Of a DNA stretch of 64,000 bases, positions 1-9,066 are shown one piece after another. Location: positions 704,001 to 768,000 of the forward strand of contig CAVSOU010000010.1 of assembly GCA_963729625.1 (NCBI GenBank). Reading direction: 5' to 3'. The position numbers were made by a program, and so were the translations under genes. This stretch comes from an uncultured bacterium (lineage in GTDB: Bacteria > Chloroflexota > UBA5177 > JANWHV01). Each line of letters opens with the position of its first letter. Position 1 is the first letter of the stretch. The notes below the pieces were generated by a model, which was given only the letters and a program-made list of their open reading frames with translations, did no database searches and was not told where the DNA came from.

Positions 1-7
1 TGTACCG

Positions 8-79
8 GGCGACGTCGCCAAGTGGTTAAGGCGGGGGTCTGCAAAACCCCTATCGTCGGTTCGATTCCGACCGTCGCCT
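8..79 (+). tRNA. tRNA-Cys(GCA)
   Basis: Acceptor stem GGCGACG(8-14)/CGTCGCC(72-78), D-loop AAGTGGTTAAGG, anticodon GCA at 41-43, T-loop GGTTCGATTCC, discriminator U79 typical of Cys; CCA not encoded (CCT follows). Confidence 0.97.
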
Positions 80-242
80 CCTATTCTCGTCGCTGCGTGC
101 GCCGCTTGATGGGGCATCGCATCTGGCCGCAACCACGCAGTTTATGCCCTCCCGTGGTGTTCCACATGTTTCTCCGTGACACGCTTCAAGCGCGCGACGT
201 GCCTGCATCGCGACGCGATTGTTCGATTGTGGCGGGGACGGA

Positions 243-2120
243 ATGACCATCGAGCACGCCATCGATTCAGCCCCCGATGGGTCGCACGGCGCTGTATTGC
301 GCGTGCGCTGCACAAACGATCAGGCTGTCGCTCTATCCCGGCTGCTCGGGAGGCTGTATCCGGGCAGGCGCCACACATTCCTTCCGCTGCTCGGCGCCGG
401 CTTCACACATAGCTGCTCGATACCGGATACGCCAAACAACCTGCGAAGGAAATGGCCCGCTATTGCAGTGCAGCTCCTGCTCGGCTCCACCACCAAGTGC
501 GCGGAACCTGGCGAGGCTCCGGCCCTGGATGGCGTGTCGCAGTCGGATGGGACGTCACACGATGCTCTGGCGCGCCAGCAGTCGCGCGAAGGCGACGCTC
601 GTGGGAGCGTCGTGAGAAGGCCGCGGACCTGGGCGACCGGTGGAACAGGAAGCGGTGGTGACATTCCGCCGCCGGGAGAAAGCGCGTCGAAACAGCTGCG
701 TCGCGCGCGACACCTACCGGCCGGCGAACGACGTATTGTACTTGAGCGCCTGTTCAACCAGGGTGATGCGTCGGCCTTCGAGGCGGGTTTGCTGCTGGCC
801 CAGACCCTCGAGGAGATGGGCGCATGGAACGAGAGCCTGGCGGTCTACGATGCGTTGGAGCGGCAGCCGCCGGGGCGCCAGGGCGTGGTGCGCGCTGGCC
901 GCCTCCGAGCCCTCTCCTCACTCGGCAAACATGACGAGGTGATCGCGCAGGTCGCGATTGACGAGAGTTCGCCGGCCCTGCGCGGGTTGCTTGGTCTGGC
1001 GTTAGCGGCTACGAAGGGCGTCGAAAGCGCGTTGGCGCATCTGGAATACTGCTGGCAATCGTCGGAGGCCAGCACGACGAGCGTGGCGCTGGCTCTGGCG
1101 CGCATCTACTGGCAATGTGGCAGGTACCACGAAGCCGCCGCGCCCTATCGCCTAGTGTTTGACCGCGCACCAGCAGATCTCGCGCAGGCCGATTATGCCG
1201 CCTCTGATTTCGCGGCGATCATCGAGCTCGCGCGATTGGGTGAATACGACGATCTCGCCAGCGGGCGACTGCTGGATTGCCTGATTGCCTACTGCAATCG
1301 CGCCACCGAAGAAGATCGAGCGAGCGATCGGGCGCATCAACTGGTGCTGTCTGGCTTGGAGATTGGCCGCCGCCTGCGCGATTCCGCGCGCCTGCTGCGC
1401 GCGTACCAGCTCGTCGTTGACGATCTTCTGCAGCGGCGCGAAGGCCATCGGCTTGTCGAGCTCATCGAGGCAGCAGCAACCGACTTCCGACGAGGCCTGC
1501 TGACGGCCACCCAGCGTTTCGACATTCTCGACGCCATTACAGACAATCTGGCGGACTATCCGCAACTCCTTCGCCCGTCCCTGATCGAGAACTATGAGGA
1601 CCTTCTGCGGACTGCGCTGGAGCGCGACCAGGGAGAAGCCGGCCCGTTGCCGCAAGAATCCCGAGAGATCTACCGATCCCTGTACGACCTGGATAGGCGC
1701 AATCCGCTCTGCGTGCGTTATCGGCGTATGGCCACACTGCGCCGGGCGGGCAGCGGTGAGCGTGCCGATGCTCAGCGGGATCACGTGGCTCTCACCGGAA
1801 AACGCGTCGCTATCATCGGCGGTCACGACAGCACGAGGCTCAGGGTCCGCGAACGGCTCGAGCGCTGGGGAGTGCGCGTCGACGAAGTTGCGCCCGCGAC
1901 CAGTGGTCGCGTGAGCGAGCGCGAGATACTCGATCGCGTGCGTCTGAGCGATCTGATCCTTCTGATTGTCACGTATATGGGTCACGACATGAGCACAATC
2001 GTGGGCAACCTGGCGGCCCGCGGCGCTCTGTCCGGGCAAGTCCTCTCTGTCGATTGTCGTGGAGCGACAGGAGTGACGCGAGCCATTGCCGAGTGGGCGG
2101 ACGCACTTCACGCCCGTTGA
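243..2120 (+). CDS. TPR-like helical repeat protein with C-terminal DUF2325-like (flavodoxin/receiver-like) domain
   Basis: Long ORF (track 219..2120); ATG at 243 preferred. TPR-like segments (LALARIYWQCGRYHEAAAPY); C-terminus GKRVAIIGG...DLILLIVTYMGHDMS...CRGATG resembles DUF2325. Confidence 0.7.
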   Translation: MTIEHAIDSAPDGSHGAVLRVRCTNDQAVALSRLLGRLYPGRRHTFLPLLGAGFTHSCSIPDTPNNLRRKWPAIAVQLLLGSTTKCAEPGEAPALDGVSQSDGTSHDALARQQSREGDARGSVVRRPRTWATGGTGSGGDIPPPGESASKQLRRARHLPAGERRIVLERLFNQGDASAFEAGLLLAQTLEEMGAWNESLAVYDALERQPPGRQGVVRAGRLRALSSLGKHDEVIAQVAIDESSPALRGLLGLALAATKGVESALAHLEYCWQSSEASTTSVALALARIYWQCGRYHEAAAPYRLVFDRAPADLAQADYAASDFAAIIELARLGEYDDLASGRLLDCLIAYCNRATEEDRASDRAHQLVLSGLEIGRRLRDSARLLRAYQLVVDDLLQRREGHRLVELIEAAATDFRRGLLTATQRFDILDAITDNLADYPQLLRPSLIENYEDLLRTALERDQGEAGPLPQESREIYRSLYDLDRRNPLCVRYRRMATLRRAGSGERADAQRDHVALTGKRVAIIGGHDSTRLRVRERLERWGVRVDEVAPATSGRVSEREILDRVRLSDLILLIVTYMGHDMSTIVGNLAARGALSGQVLSVDCRGATGVTRAIAEWADALHAR

Positions 2121-2283
2121 GTGGTCGGCGCCGTGCCATGGTCCGCCACCGCCGGGCCCGCGCCTATGGGCGCACGGCATGAGCGACTCACCGGGGTACC
2201 TGCCCGAAGGGCGGGTCGTCGTGGGTTGTGGTACGCCGCGGCCACGACTCGATGCCCATTTTCCGCAGGTGCGGCCATGCTGC

Positions 2284-2547
2284 TCAGTATGGCTGCATCG
2301 TCATCAAGGCACGACGCAGCACGTGAACCCGTGAACCTGGGAGCGCGATTCCGCCCCGACCCCACAGCCCGAACCTCATCGCGCACGCACCACGGTCGTG
2401 GCGCCTATTCCCGTCGCGGATCCAAATTGGCGCAACCCCGCTTTCACGGGCAGTCTCCATGGTCAATTCCGGCTCAGGAGCTTGCTGGCCGTCGTAGACC
2501 TCACCGTAGAACCGGTGGTAGAAGTCACTATCTGTGCCAACGCGCAT
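2284..2547 (-). CDS. short hypothetical protein, possibly a truncated gene
   Basis: ATG at 2547 with upstream GAAAGG, 4 nt after the stop of the oxidoreductase; N-terminus MRVGTDSDFYHRFYGEVYDG looks coding, remainder unconvincing. Confidence 0.3.
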   Translation of the reverse strand: MRVGTDSDFYHRFYGEVYDGQQAPEPELTMETARESGVAPIWIRDGNRRHDRGACAMRFGLWGRGGIALPGSRVHVLRRALMTMQPY

Positions 2548-2551
2548 AGCT

Positions 2552-3763
2552 CTACCTTTCGCCGGGCTGCACCCAGTCGTTGGTGGCAGGTGCTCCCGCC
2601 TGCTCCAGCTCTTCCAGATTGGCGGTGTGCTCGATCCCGAGATCGACGCGTCGACCAAGTCGGGCCGACGCGTCCATGGCGTCGCAGATCAGCGCCGTGC
2701 GATAGCCGTCGTAGAAGGTCGCGCCATCCGGGTCGACCGCTCGGTCTTCCGCGATACAGCGCAGAAAATGGATGAACATGTTGATGTGCGCGTGCTCCCA
2801 GCCAAGTAGGTGGCCCGATGGCCACCACAGATCCATGTAGGGATGGTCGGGCTCGCAGACGATGACATCGAGCAATCCGTCGACGCTGCAGTGCGACGTT
2901 CTGGTTGCAGTGACACGCAATTCGTTGAGTCGCTCCAGATCCCACTGCAGGGTGCCTTGGTCGCAGTTGATCTCCCACGCAAGCATGTTGCGACGGCCGT
3001 ACGACACGTTTGAGGCGTCGATCGTCCCACAGGCGCCGTTGTCGAAGCCGATCACGGCCGTCACCACTTGGCCGGGCCATGCCGCATCCACGTCCGAGGG
3101 GCGGTCGGGCGTGATGACTGGATTGGTGAGCATGGCGGAGACGCTCGTGATCTCGCCGACGAGGAAGCGCGCCTGGTCGATGGCGTGGCAGCCTATCGTC
3201 CGGAGCGCCCCCACCGGCGAGGGTGGGCGCCCGTCTTGCGAGTAGCGGAATCGCGCCTGAAAGACATCCCCCAGCTCGCCGCGACGCAACATGGCACGCG
3301 CAAGCCTTACGGCGGGTACGAATCGGTAGTTATAGGTGCACAGATGCTTCACGCCTGCTTGTTCCGCTGCCAGCCACATGCGGCGCGCGTCAGCGCTATT
3401 GCGCGCGAGGGGCTTCTCACAGCTCACATGCTTGCCGGCCGTGATCGCCGCGAGCGTTGGCTCGACGTGCACCTCGTCGGCGGCGGCATTGTCGAAGATG
3501 CTAATGCGCTCGTCCTCAACTAGCCCGCGCCAGTCGGGGTAGCAGCCGGCAAAGCCGAAGCGCGTTGCCGCCTCGCTCGCCAGCTCCTGCCTACGGCCGG
3601 CAACAGCTACGAGGTCGGGCCGCAGTGCGCTCCGCCAGTCAATATAGGTCAGGGTGCGCAGCGCGTTGCTATGGGCTTTCCCCATAAAGCCATAGCCGAA
3701 AACGCCCACTCCCGCACGAGCGCGTTGGTCAGACGGCGCTTCCATGTAGCCTCGGGCTGGCAT
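2552..3763 (-). CDS. Gfo/Idh/MocA family oxidoreductase
   Basis: GVFGYGFMGKAH Rossmann motif, GKHVSCEKPLA, YNYRFVPA, WWPSGHLLGWEH; ATG at 3763 after GGAGAGGGAGGA. Confidence 0.92.
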   Translation of the reverse strand: MPARGYMEAPSDQRARAGVGVFGYGFMGKAHSNALRTLTYIDWRSALRPDLVAVAGRRQELASEAATRFGFAGCYPDWRGLVEDERISIFDNAAADEVHVEPTLAAITAGKHVSCEKPLARNSADARRMWLAAEQAGVKHLCTYNYRFVPAVRLARAMLRRGELGDVFQARFRYSQDGRPPSPVGALRTIGCHAIDQARFLVGEITSVSAMLTNPVITPDRPSDVDAAWPGQVVTAVIGFDNGACGTIDASNVSYGRRNMLAWEINCDQGTLQWDLERLNELRVTATRTSHCSVDGLLDVIVCEPDHPYMDLWWPSGHLLGWEHAHINMFIHFLRCIAEDRAVDPDGATFYDGYRTALICDAMDASARLGRRVDLGIEHTANLEELEQAGAPATNDWVQPGER

Positions 3764-3912
3764 TCCTCCCTCTCCGATCTTGTGCTCTTTAGCGCAACGC
3801 GAGGATGCGACGCTGCACACGAGAATACGGACGAGCTCTACGCCGGGGACGGGGCCCTCGCGGCCAATGCTGATCAGCTCCTTTATTCTGCGACGTCCTT
3901 ATGCCGAGTAGC

Positions 3913-4995
3913 TTAGACAACTTCGAGCGCATCGGCCACCATCGCCGCGGGATGGGCGACAGACGTGTCTTTCTGATACCAGAACGCCGTCGAGGCGATA
4001 TCGTCCTGCAGCGGCAGATAGCGCCCACCTGAGCGCCAGCCCAGCGCCTGGATCGTCACCCGAACGTCGGACATGAAGCGTATCGGGTCCATGACGTGCC
4101 AGCGATACATGCCAAATCGCTGTTGGCTGCGGTACAGGCCGTCCGGACGCAGCACTTGGTTGAGGCCTATGTAGGAGGTGGAGAAAACGGTGTAGCCTTG
4201 GCCAGGCACCTCGAAGTCCCAGGCGCCGCCGAAGTAGTCTTCGGTACCGGTGCCACAAATCGTGGGAAACGCGTCATCGCCGTCCAGGTAGAACTTAATC
4301 TCGCCTTCGCCCCACCAGCCCGAGCTGTTGACGCCCCATGCGAGGTAGGTGCCGACGTACTGACCGCTGCTGTGCACGCCGTCCAGGAGCGTGTGGACTT
4401 CCTTGTAGGGAAGAGGATTGCTGCGCCGCCACTGAGCGTGGAAGTAGGCTGAGTGGTCCGGCACCTGTGTTTCCATGTAGGTGATCTGGTAGTAGAGCAC
4501 GATTGCCTCGGCGGCGAGACTTTCCACGGTCACCCGCGCGCCGCGCCGAAACGGCATCTCCCAGAAGCTGTTGAAGCCGCCGTACGGATTCACGGCGATT
4601 GGCAGTGAAGCGACGTGGCTGTATTCGCACCAGCCGTTGCAGAAGAAGTCGCCCACCGGCACTTCCACGGCAGGCTGCCTGTCGTCATCCCAGTACAGGC
4701 GCAGGACGAGGCGGCGCCAGTTCCGCGGGTGGGTGGTTAACCAGATATGCTGGATGGCGCCCATGCCCACTATACTGGCCAGACTGATCGTCTCACCCGG
4801 CGCTATGGTGATACTCGGCGATACCTTCCAGCCTTGACCAAGATCGCGAGCCGCGTGCGCGCCCGTGCCCTCGCGCGCCATTCCGCCCTTGCCACTGGCG
4901 CCGGTTGGGTTCTCGGCGCTAATCGAGCGAGTGCGCGCGTCCGAGAGAGACGCAAGCGTGCCCAGGCCCATTCCAAGACCGCAAAACTCACTCAC
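3913..4995 (-). CDS. DUF2961 / glycoside hydrolase family 172 protein
   Basis: TRSISAENPTG...GWKVSPS, VEVPVGDFF, NSFWEMPF, WWGEGEIKFYLDGD, ICGTGTEDYFGGAW, YRWHVMDPIRF are characteristic DUF2961 motifs. Confidence 0.92.
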   Translation of the reverse strand: MSEFCGLGMGLGTLASLSDARTRSISAENPTGASGKGGMAREGTGAHAARDLGQGWKVSPSITIAPGETISLASIVGMGAIQHIWLTTHPRNWRRLVLRLYWDDDRQPAVEVPVGDFFCNGWCEYSHVASLPIAVNPYGGFNSFWEMPFRRGARVTVESLAAEAIVLYYQITYMETQVPDHSAYFHAQWRRSNPLPYKEVHTLLDGVHSSGQYVGTYLAWGVNSSGWWGEGEIKFYLDGDDAFPTICGTGTEDYFGGAWDFEVPGQGYTVFSTSYIGLNQVLRPDGLYRSQQRFGMYRWHVMDPIRFMSDVRVTIQALGWRSGGRYLPLQDDIASTAFWYQKDTSVAHPAAMVADALEVV

Positions 4996-5469
4996 GTGCC
5001 TGTGCCCTCCTTAGAGCTACGTTCTCGAAACTTTGAGATCTTTAACAACGTATTGCCGCGAGGCAGTGAAACGCAAGGCAAACGGCGCCAGTGCTACGCC
5101 TGCCGGGTGACTGACGTGCTCCGACCGTGTCTACAACGCAGCTACGTTGCATACTTGTGGTTCTGAGCACCGTATCGATGCAGTGCTCGTTCCTCCAGTT
5201 GGTCGCTAACCACTTCTCCGCGTGCCGCGTCTCCCTGCTAGGGGAAAGCGACAGAAAGGCTTGAACTGGGTGCCGAGAGGACTGGCACGCGCAGTTCTGA
5301 GATGGCGGAGTGATCCGGGTGCGAGCGGCGTTTCGAACACCCGGATTGATCCGGTATCAGTCCTGCCATTCGCCTTCGAGCGGAGGCTTCGGACTGTTCT
5401 CAGACCGTGGGGACTTCCCCGCCAGGCCTTGCAATTCGTGGTGGTCGGTGCTAGAATTCGGACGGCTGC

Positions 5470-5484
5470 TATAGGATATAGGAT
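5470..5484 (+). promoter_or_regulatory. candidate GntR operator (tandem TATAGGA)
   Basis: TATAGGATATAGGAT, AT-rich tandem in the divergent GH172/ABC intergenic region; its core ATAGGATATA recurs as the reverse complement upstream of gntR (17605-17614). Confidence 0.45.
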
Positions 5485-5644
5485 GCGCGACTTCCCCGAC
5501 CTGCCGTGCAGGCAGAGCAACGCACGAATGCACGGGGCCCGGCAAAGCCTCGTCACTGCGCGGAAAGGAGATACTGAGCCCAAGACATTGCACATACGTG
5601 GAACCCATGCGTGGCAACCTTCCAGTGAGGAGTTAGTGGATAAG

Positions 5645-7030
5645 ATGAGCGAACTCACGACAATTCCGACGTTTTCGCGTAAGCGATTCCTCAAGGTTGG
5701 GGCGACGACCGCCGGGGCGGCGGTCCTGGCGTCTTGCGGCCAGTTGGGGATCGCGAACGTAGCGGACGCCGCAGACAAATCCGCTCTGACGGCCACGACC
5801 AGCCCGGCTCTGGCTGAGCCGGTGACGCTGAGCTTTGCGTCGGTCGTCTCGTCGCCTGCGCCCAACTATACCGGACGGATGAGCGTGATCAAGAAATACG
5901 AGCAGCTTCATCCGAACGTGACCGTCAAGTACCAGTACATTCCGTACGCCCAGTTCTTTGTTCAGATGCTGACTCGTACACTGGCCGGTGACGCGCCCAC
6001 CGTGGCGCAGAACGGGTACCTGACGCCGCAGTTGGCTGCCAACAACGACATCATTGCGACTGATGACTACCTCCGCGTCGCGGGGTTCAAGGCCAGCGAC
6101 TTCTGGCCGGCGGTGTGGGAGCTGGGCCAGTTTAGAGGCAAGAACTACAGCGTACCGTTCACCCTGGACACCCGCTTCACCTACTACAACCCTAACCTGT
6201 ACAAGAAGATGGGCGTTGGCCCGGCGAAGACCTGGGACGATGAACTCGCTATGGCCAAGGCGGCCCTGCCCCTGGGTATTCACGCCTATACGATGTCGTG
6301 GCAGGCGGATATCAATGCGGTTTGGGAGAGCGTCACCAACCTGCTGAAGACGACCGGCGGCGACTTGCTCAAGGTAAATCCGGACGGTACCGCCACCGCC
6401 ACGCTCAACACCGAGCCCGTGTACGAAACACTCGACTTCTTGCGCCAAATGTTCGTTGCCCAGGCTTTCACGCCGGGCGCGCTGACCCATGACCAGACTA
6501 TAGGTAAGGCCGAATTCACGACCGACAAGACGGCCTCGTGGCTGGTCGGCAACTGGGAGATTGCCGACCTCGAAACCCTCTACGCCCAGAAGAAGATAGA
6601 TTTCAATTTTGGGCTGGCACACAACGCGATCAAGAAGCAGCGGGGTGCCTCCAGTGGAGGCTGGGCATGGGATATCTACAAGACGGCCGTGAACCCAGAC
6701 ATAGCTTGGGATTTCGTCAACTTCTTCCTGAAGCCTGAGAACATCAATCTGGGCTGGGCCGATTCGTTGCCCCCAACTGTGGCCGGCATGAACCAACCGT
6801 ACTATGCACACGATCCGCGTAACAAGTTCGTGCTGGAAGTGCTTAGCTACTCAACCTGGGTGATTCCACCCATTGCAGGGTTCATGGAGCTCATGCCCAC
6901 CATGTGGCGCTACATGTCCCGAGTCCTCAGCGGTCAATCGAGCTCAAAGCAGGCGATGGCCGACGGCAATCGGGCGGTGCAAGCGCTTATCGACCGTGGG
7001 AACAACAAGATCGTCAGGTCGAAGCACTGA
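5645..7030 (+). CDS. sugar ABC transporter substrate-binding lipoprotein (family 1), Tat-like signal
   Basis: ATG at 5645 after GAGGAG; SRKRFLK, hydrophobic stretch, lipobox-like LASC; YEQLHPNVTV, GKNYSVPF, YYNPNLYKK, GGWAW. Confidence 0.92.
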   Translation: MSELTTIPTFSRKRFLKVGATTAGAAVLASCGQLGIANVADAADKSALTATTSPALAEPVTLSFASVVSSPAPNYTGRMSVIKKYEQLHPNVTVKYQYIPYAQFFVQMLTRTLAGDAPTVAQNGYLTPQLAANNDIIATDDYLRVAGFKASDFWPAVWELGQFRGKNYSVPFTLDTRFTYYNPNLYKKMGVGPAKTWDDELAMAKAALPLGIHAYTMSWQADINAVWESVTNLLKTTGGDLLKVNPDGTATATLNTEPVYETLDFLRQMFVAQAFTPGALTHDQTIGKAEFTTDKTASWLVGNWEIADLETLYAQKKIDFNFGLAHNAIKKQRGASSGGWAWDIYKTAVNPDIAWDFVNFFLKPENINLGWADSLPPTVAGMNQPYYAHDPRNKFVLEVLSYSTWVIPPIAGFMELMPTMWRYMSRVLSGQSSSKQAMADGNRAVQALIDRGNNKIVRSKH

Positions 7031-7047
7031 GCAGCAATTGCGCAGCA

Positions 7048-7082
7048 TGCCGGCCCCACAGCGGTGCCTAGTGGGGCCGGCA
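7048..7082 (+). terminator. intercistronic stem-loop after the SBP gene (mRNA stabiliser or attenuator)
   Basis: Perfect 12-bp stem TGCCGGCCCCAC / GTGGGGCCGGCA; no U-tract. Confidence 0.6.
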
Positions 7083-7227
7083 ACGCGGCAGCGGAGCTGA
7101 ATCGTATGGACCACTACCATCCTCCCGGCCGGCTTGCCCGCGGTGCTCCTGGCTAAGGAGAACCAATGCTTCTGAGACGGTGCCGAAATCTGGTAGGCTC
7201 TGCCAAGACGAAAGGCAGCCTGAGGCA

Positions 7228-8202
7228 ATGGCTACGAGCGAAACAAATGACCCGTTAGTTCCTCCGTCGGAGTTCGCGGCCGTCGCGACGCGGCGCCAGC
7301 GAGCCGCCTGGCGTTACCGCCTGTCGCGGGCTCTGGCGCCATACATGATGGTCGGTCCCGCGATTATCGGGATAGCGCTCGTTCTGGGGTTCCCGATCCT
7401 CTTCAATGCCTACGTCTCGTTCACCGACACCTCTGGGTACACAGGGTTGGGTCACCACGATTGGGTCGGTCTCGGCAATTACCAGTACATCTTCTCCGAT
7501 CCGGATTTCCAGTCGGCTCTTCAGTTGACGTTCCTCTGGACGTTCGCAAACCTGGTGGGGCAATTGGGACTCGGCCTGCTGCTGGCACTGATTCTGCATG
7601 ACGGACCCTTACGTCTGGCCAAGGTAGTGCAGCCGCTCTGGCTGTTGCCCTGGTTCCTTCCCTCCGTGTCCATTTTCTTCGTGTGGCAGATGATGTACGA
7701 TCCTACATTCGGTGCGCTGCAGCACATTCTGGGACATGTCGGGATCGCATCCTTGAATGGCGTGCTGTCCGATCCGACCTGGTCCATATGGGGCATCATC
7801 GTGGCGGGCGTCTGGAAAGGATTCCCCTTCTACATGGTGGCATTCTATTCCGGCCTCCAGGCCGTCTCGCAAGATGTCTACGATGCAGCGCGAGTTGATG
7901 GGGCCAGCCGGCTGCGGGTTCTGCGGCACATCGAGCTACCGGAACTCCGCGGTATCCTCGCCACCGTCGGCATACTGGGCTTCATGTGGATCTTCAACTG
8001 GTTCACACCCATCTATATCATGACACAGGGTGGTCCGGGCAGCGCGAGCATGACTGTCGCCATCTACATGTATGAGCAAGCAATGCGCGAGTTCTTCTTC
8101 GGCGTAGCCGCTTCGGCTGGCAGCGTGCTTCTGGCCATTGTGGTCGTTCTCTTCGGAGTGGTTCTTGTGGTGCAGCGCCGCCAAGGGCAGTTTGATACGT
8201 AG
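7228..8202 (+). CDS. carbohydrate ABC transporter permease 1
   Basis: WVGLGNY, multiple TM helices, EAA-like loop YDAARVDGASRLRVLRHIELP, MTQGGPG. Confidence 0.95.
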   Translation: MATSETNDPLVPPSEFAAVATRRQRAAWRYRLSRALAPYMMVGPAIIGIALVLGFPILFNAYVSFTDTSGYTGLGHHDWVGLGNYQYIFSDPDFQSALQLTFLWTFANLVGQLGLGLLLALILHDGPLRLAKVVQPLWLLPWFLPSVSIFFVWQMMYDPTFGALQHILGHVGIASLNGVLSDPTWSIWGIIVAGVWKGFPFYMVAFYSGLQAVSQDVYDAARVDGASRLRVLRHIELPELRGILATVGILGFMWIFNWFTPIYIMTQGGPGSASMTVAIYMYEQAMREFFFGVAASAGSVLLAIVVVLFGVVLVVQRRQGQFDT

Positions 8203-8216
8203 CCAGAGGTAGAGTA

Positions 8217-9056
8217 ATGATCGCAGTGCAACATCGCAGACACCTGCAGCCTGGTGATGTAGTGCTCGTCGCAATTCTCGCGTTAGTCTCACTGGCTGTG
8301 CTGTATCCCCTGCTCTGGATGGTTTCCTACTCCCTCCGCCCAAATACCGATTTGACATCGACCGCAGGCCTCATCCCGGCACATCCTTCGTTCGATAACT
8401 ACGCCCGCATGTGGACTGAGGCTCCTTTTTTCACTTTCATTCGCAACAGTGTAATCGTTGGCATCGGATCGGTCGCGATCACGCTCGCATTCGCCACGCC
8501 GGCCGCCTACGCTCTCAGCCGTTTCCCCTTTCGTGCGCGGGGTCCTCTGACGATAGCACTGCTCTTTACGCAGGTGCTCCCTGCAGTCACCTTGATCGTG
8601 CCCCTCTATCTCTTGATCAAGCAGATCGGTCTGTACGATAGTCTGCTGGGTCTGACCCTCGTCTACGCTGGGCTGAACACACCGTTCATTACGCTCCTGC
8701 TGCGCAGTTTCTTCGCTCAAATACCCCAGGACATGGAAGAAGCAGCCCAGGTTGACGGTGCAGGGTGGGTGGGGGCCTTCTTCCTCATAGCGCTTCCGCT
8801 TTCCCGCCCAGGACTACTTGCCGCGGGCACCATCGCCTTTCTGGGCGTATGGGAAGAATTCGTGCTCGTTCTGACGCTCTGTCCGGATAACCAGACGATC
8901 CCTGTGGGACTGCAATACTTCAACACAGAGTATGGAACAGACTACGGCGGCCTGATGGCTGCGTCGGTTGTGTCCTGTATCCCGGCACTTGCCCTCTTCC
9001 TTCTTCTCGGCCGCTTCATTGTTCGAGGTATTGCCAGTGGTGGACTCAAAGGCTAG
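8217..9056 (+). CDS. carbohydrate ABC transporter permease 2
   Basis: AAYALSRFPF, EAA loop MEEAAQVDGA, TIPVGL, C-terminal GGLKG. Confidence 0.95.
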   Translation: MIAVQHRRHLQPGDVVLVAILALVSLAVLYPLLWMVSYSLRPNTDLTSTAGLIPAHPSFDNYARMWTEAPFFTFIRNSVIVGIGSVAITLAFATPAAYALSRFPFRARGPLTIALLFTQVLPAVTLIVPLYLLIKQIGLYDSLLGLTLVYAGLNTPFITLLLRSFFAQIPQDMEEAAQVDGAGWVGAFFLIALPLSRPGLLAAGTIAFLGVWEEFVLVLTLCPDNQTIPVGLQYFNTEYGTDYGGLMAASVVSCIPALALFLLLGRFIVRGIASGGLKG

Positions 9057-9066
9057 TAGACGCTCG

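Noticed and set aside
22-246. 74-aa ORF at the window start
   Set aside because: It overlaps tRNA-Cys; it is a translation of the tRNA sequence.
5000-5640. Long leader with hairpins (e.g. ATCCGGGTG/CACCCGGAT near 5313-5346) as a riboswitch; also the 141-aa N-terminal extension of the SBP ORF
   Set aside because: No recognisable riboswitch consensus, and such stems are expected at this GC content. The RBS and signal peptide place the SBP start at 5645. An Rfam scan would settle the RNA question.
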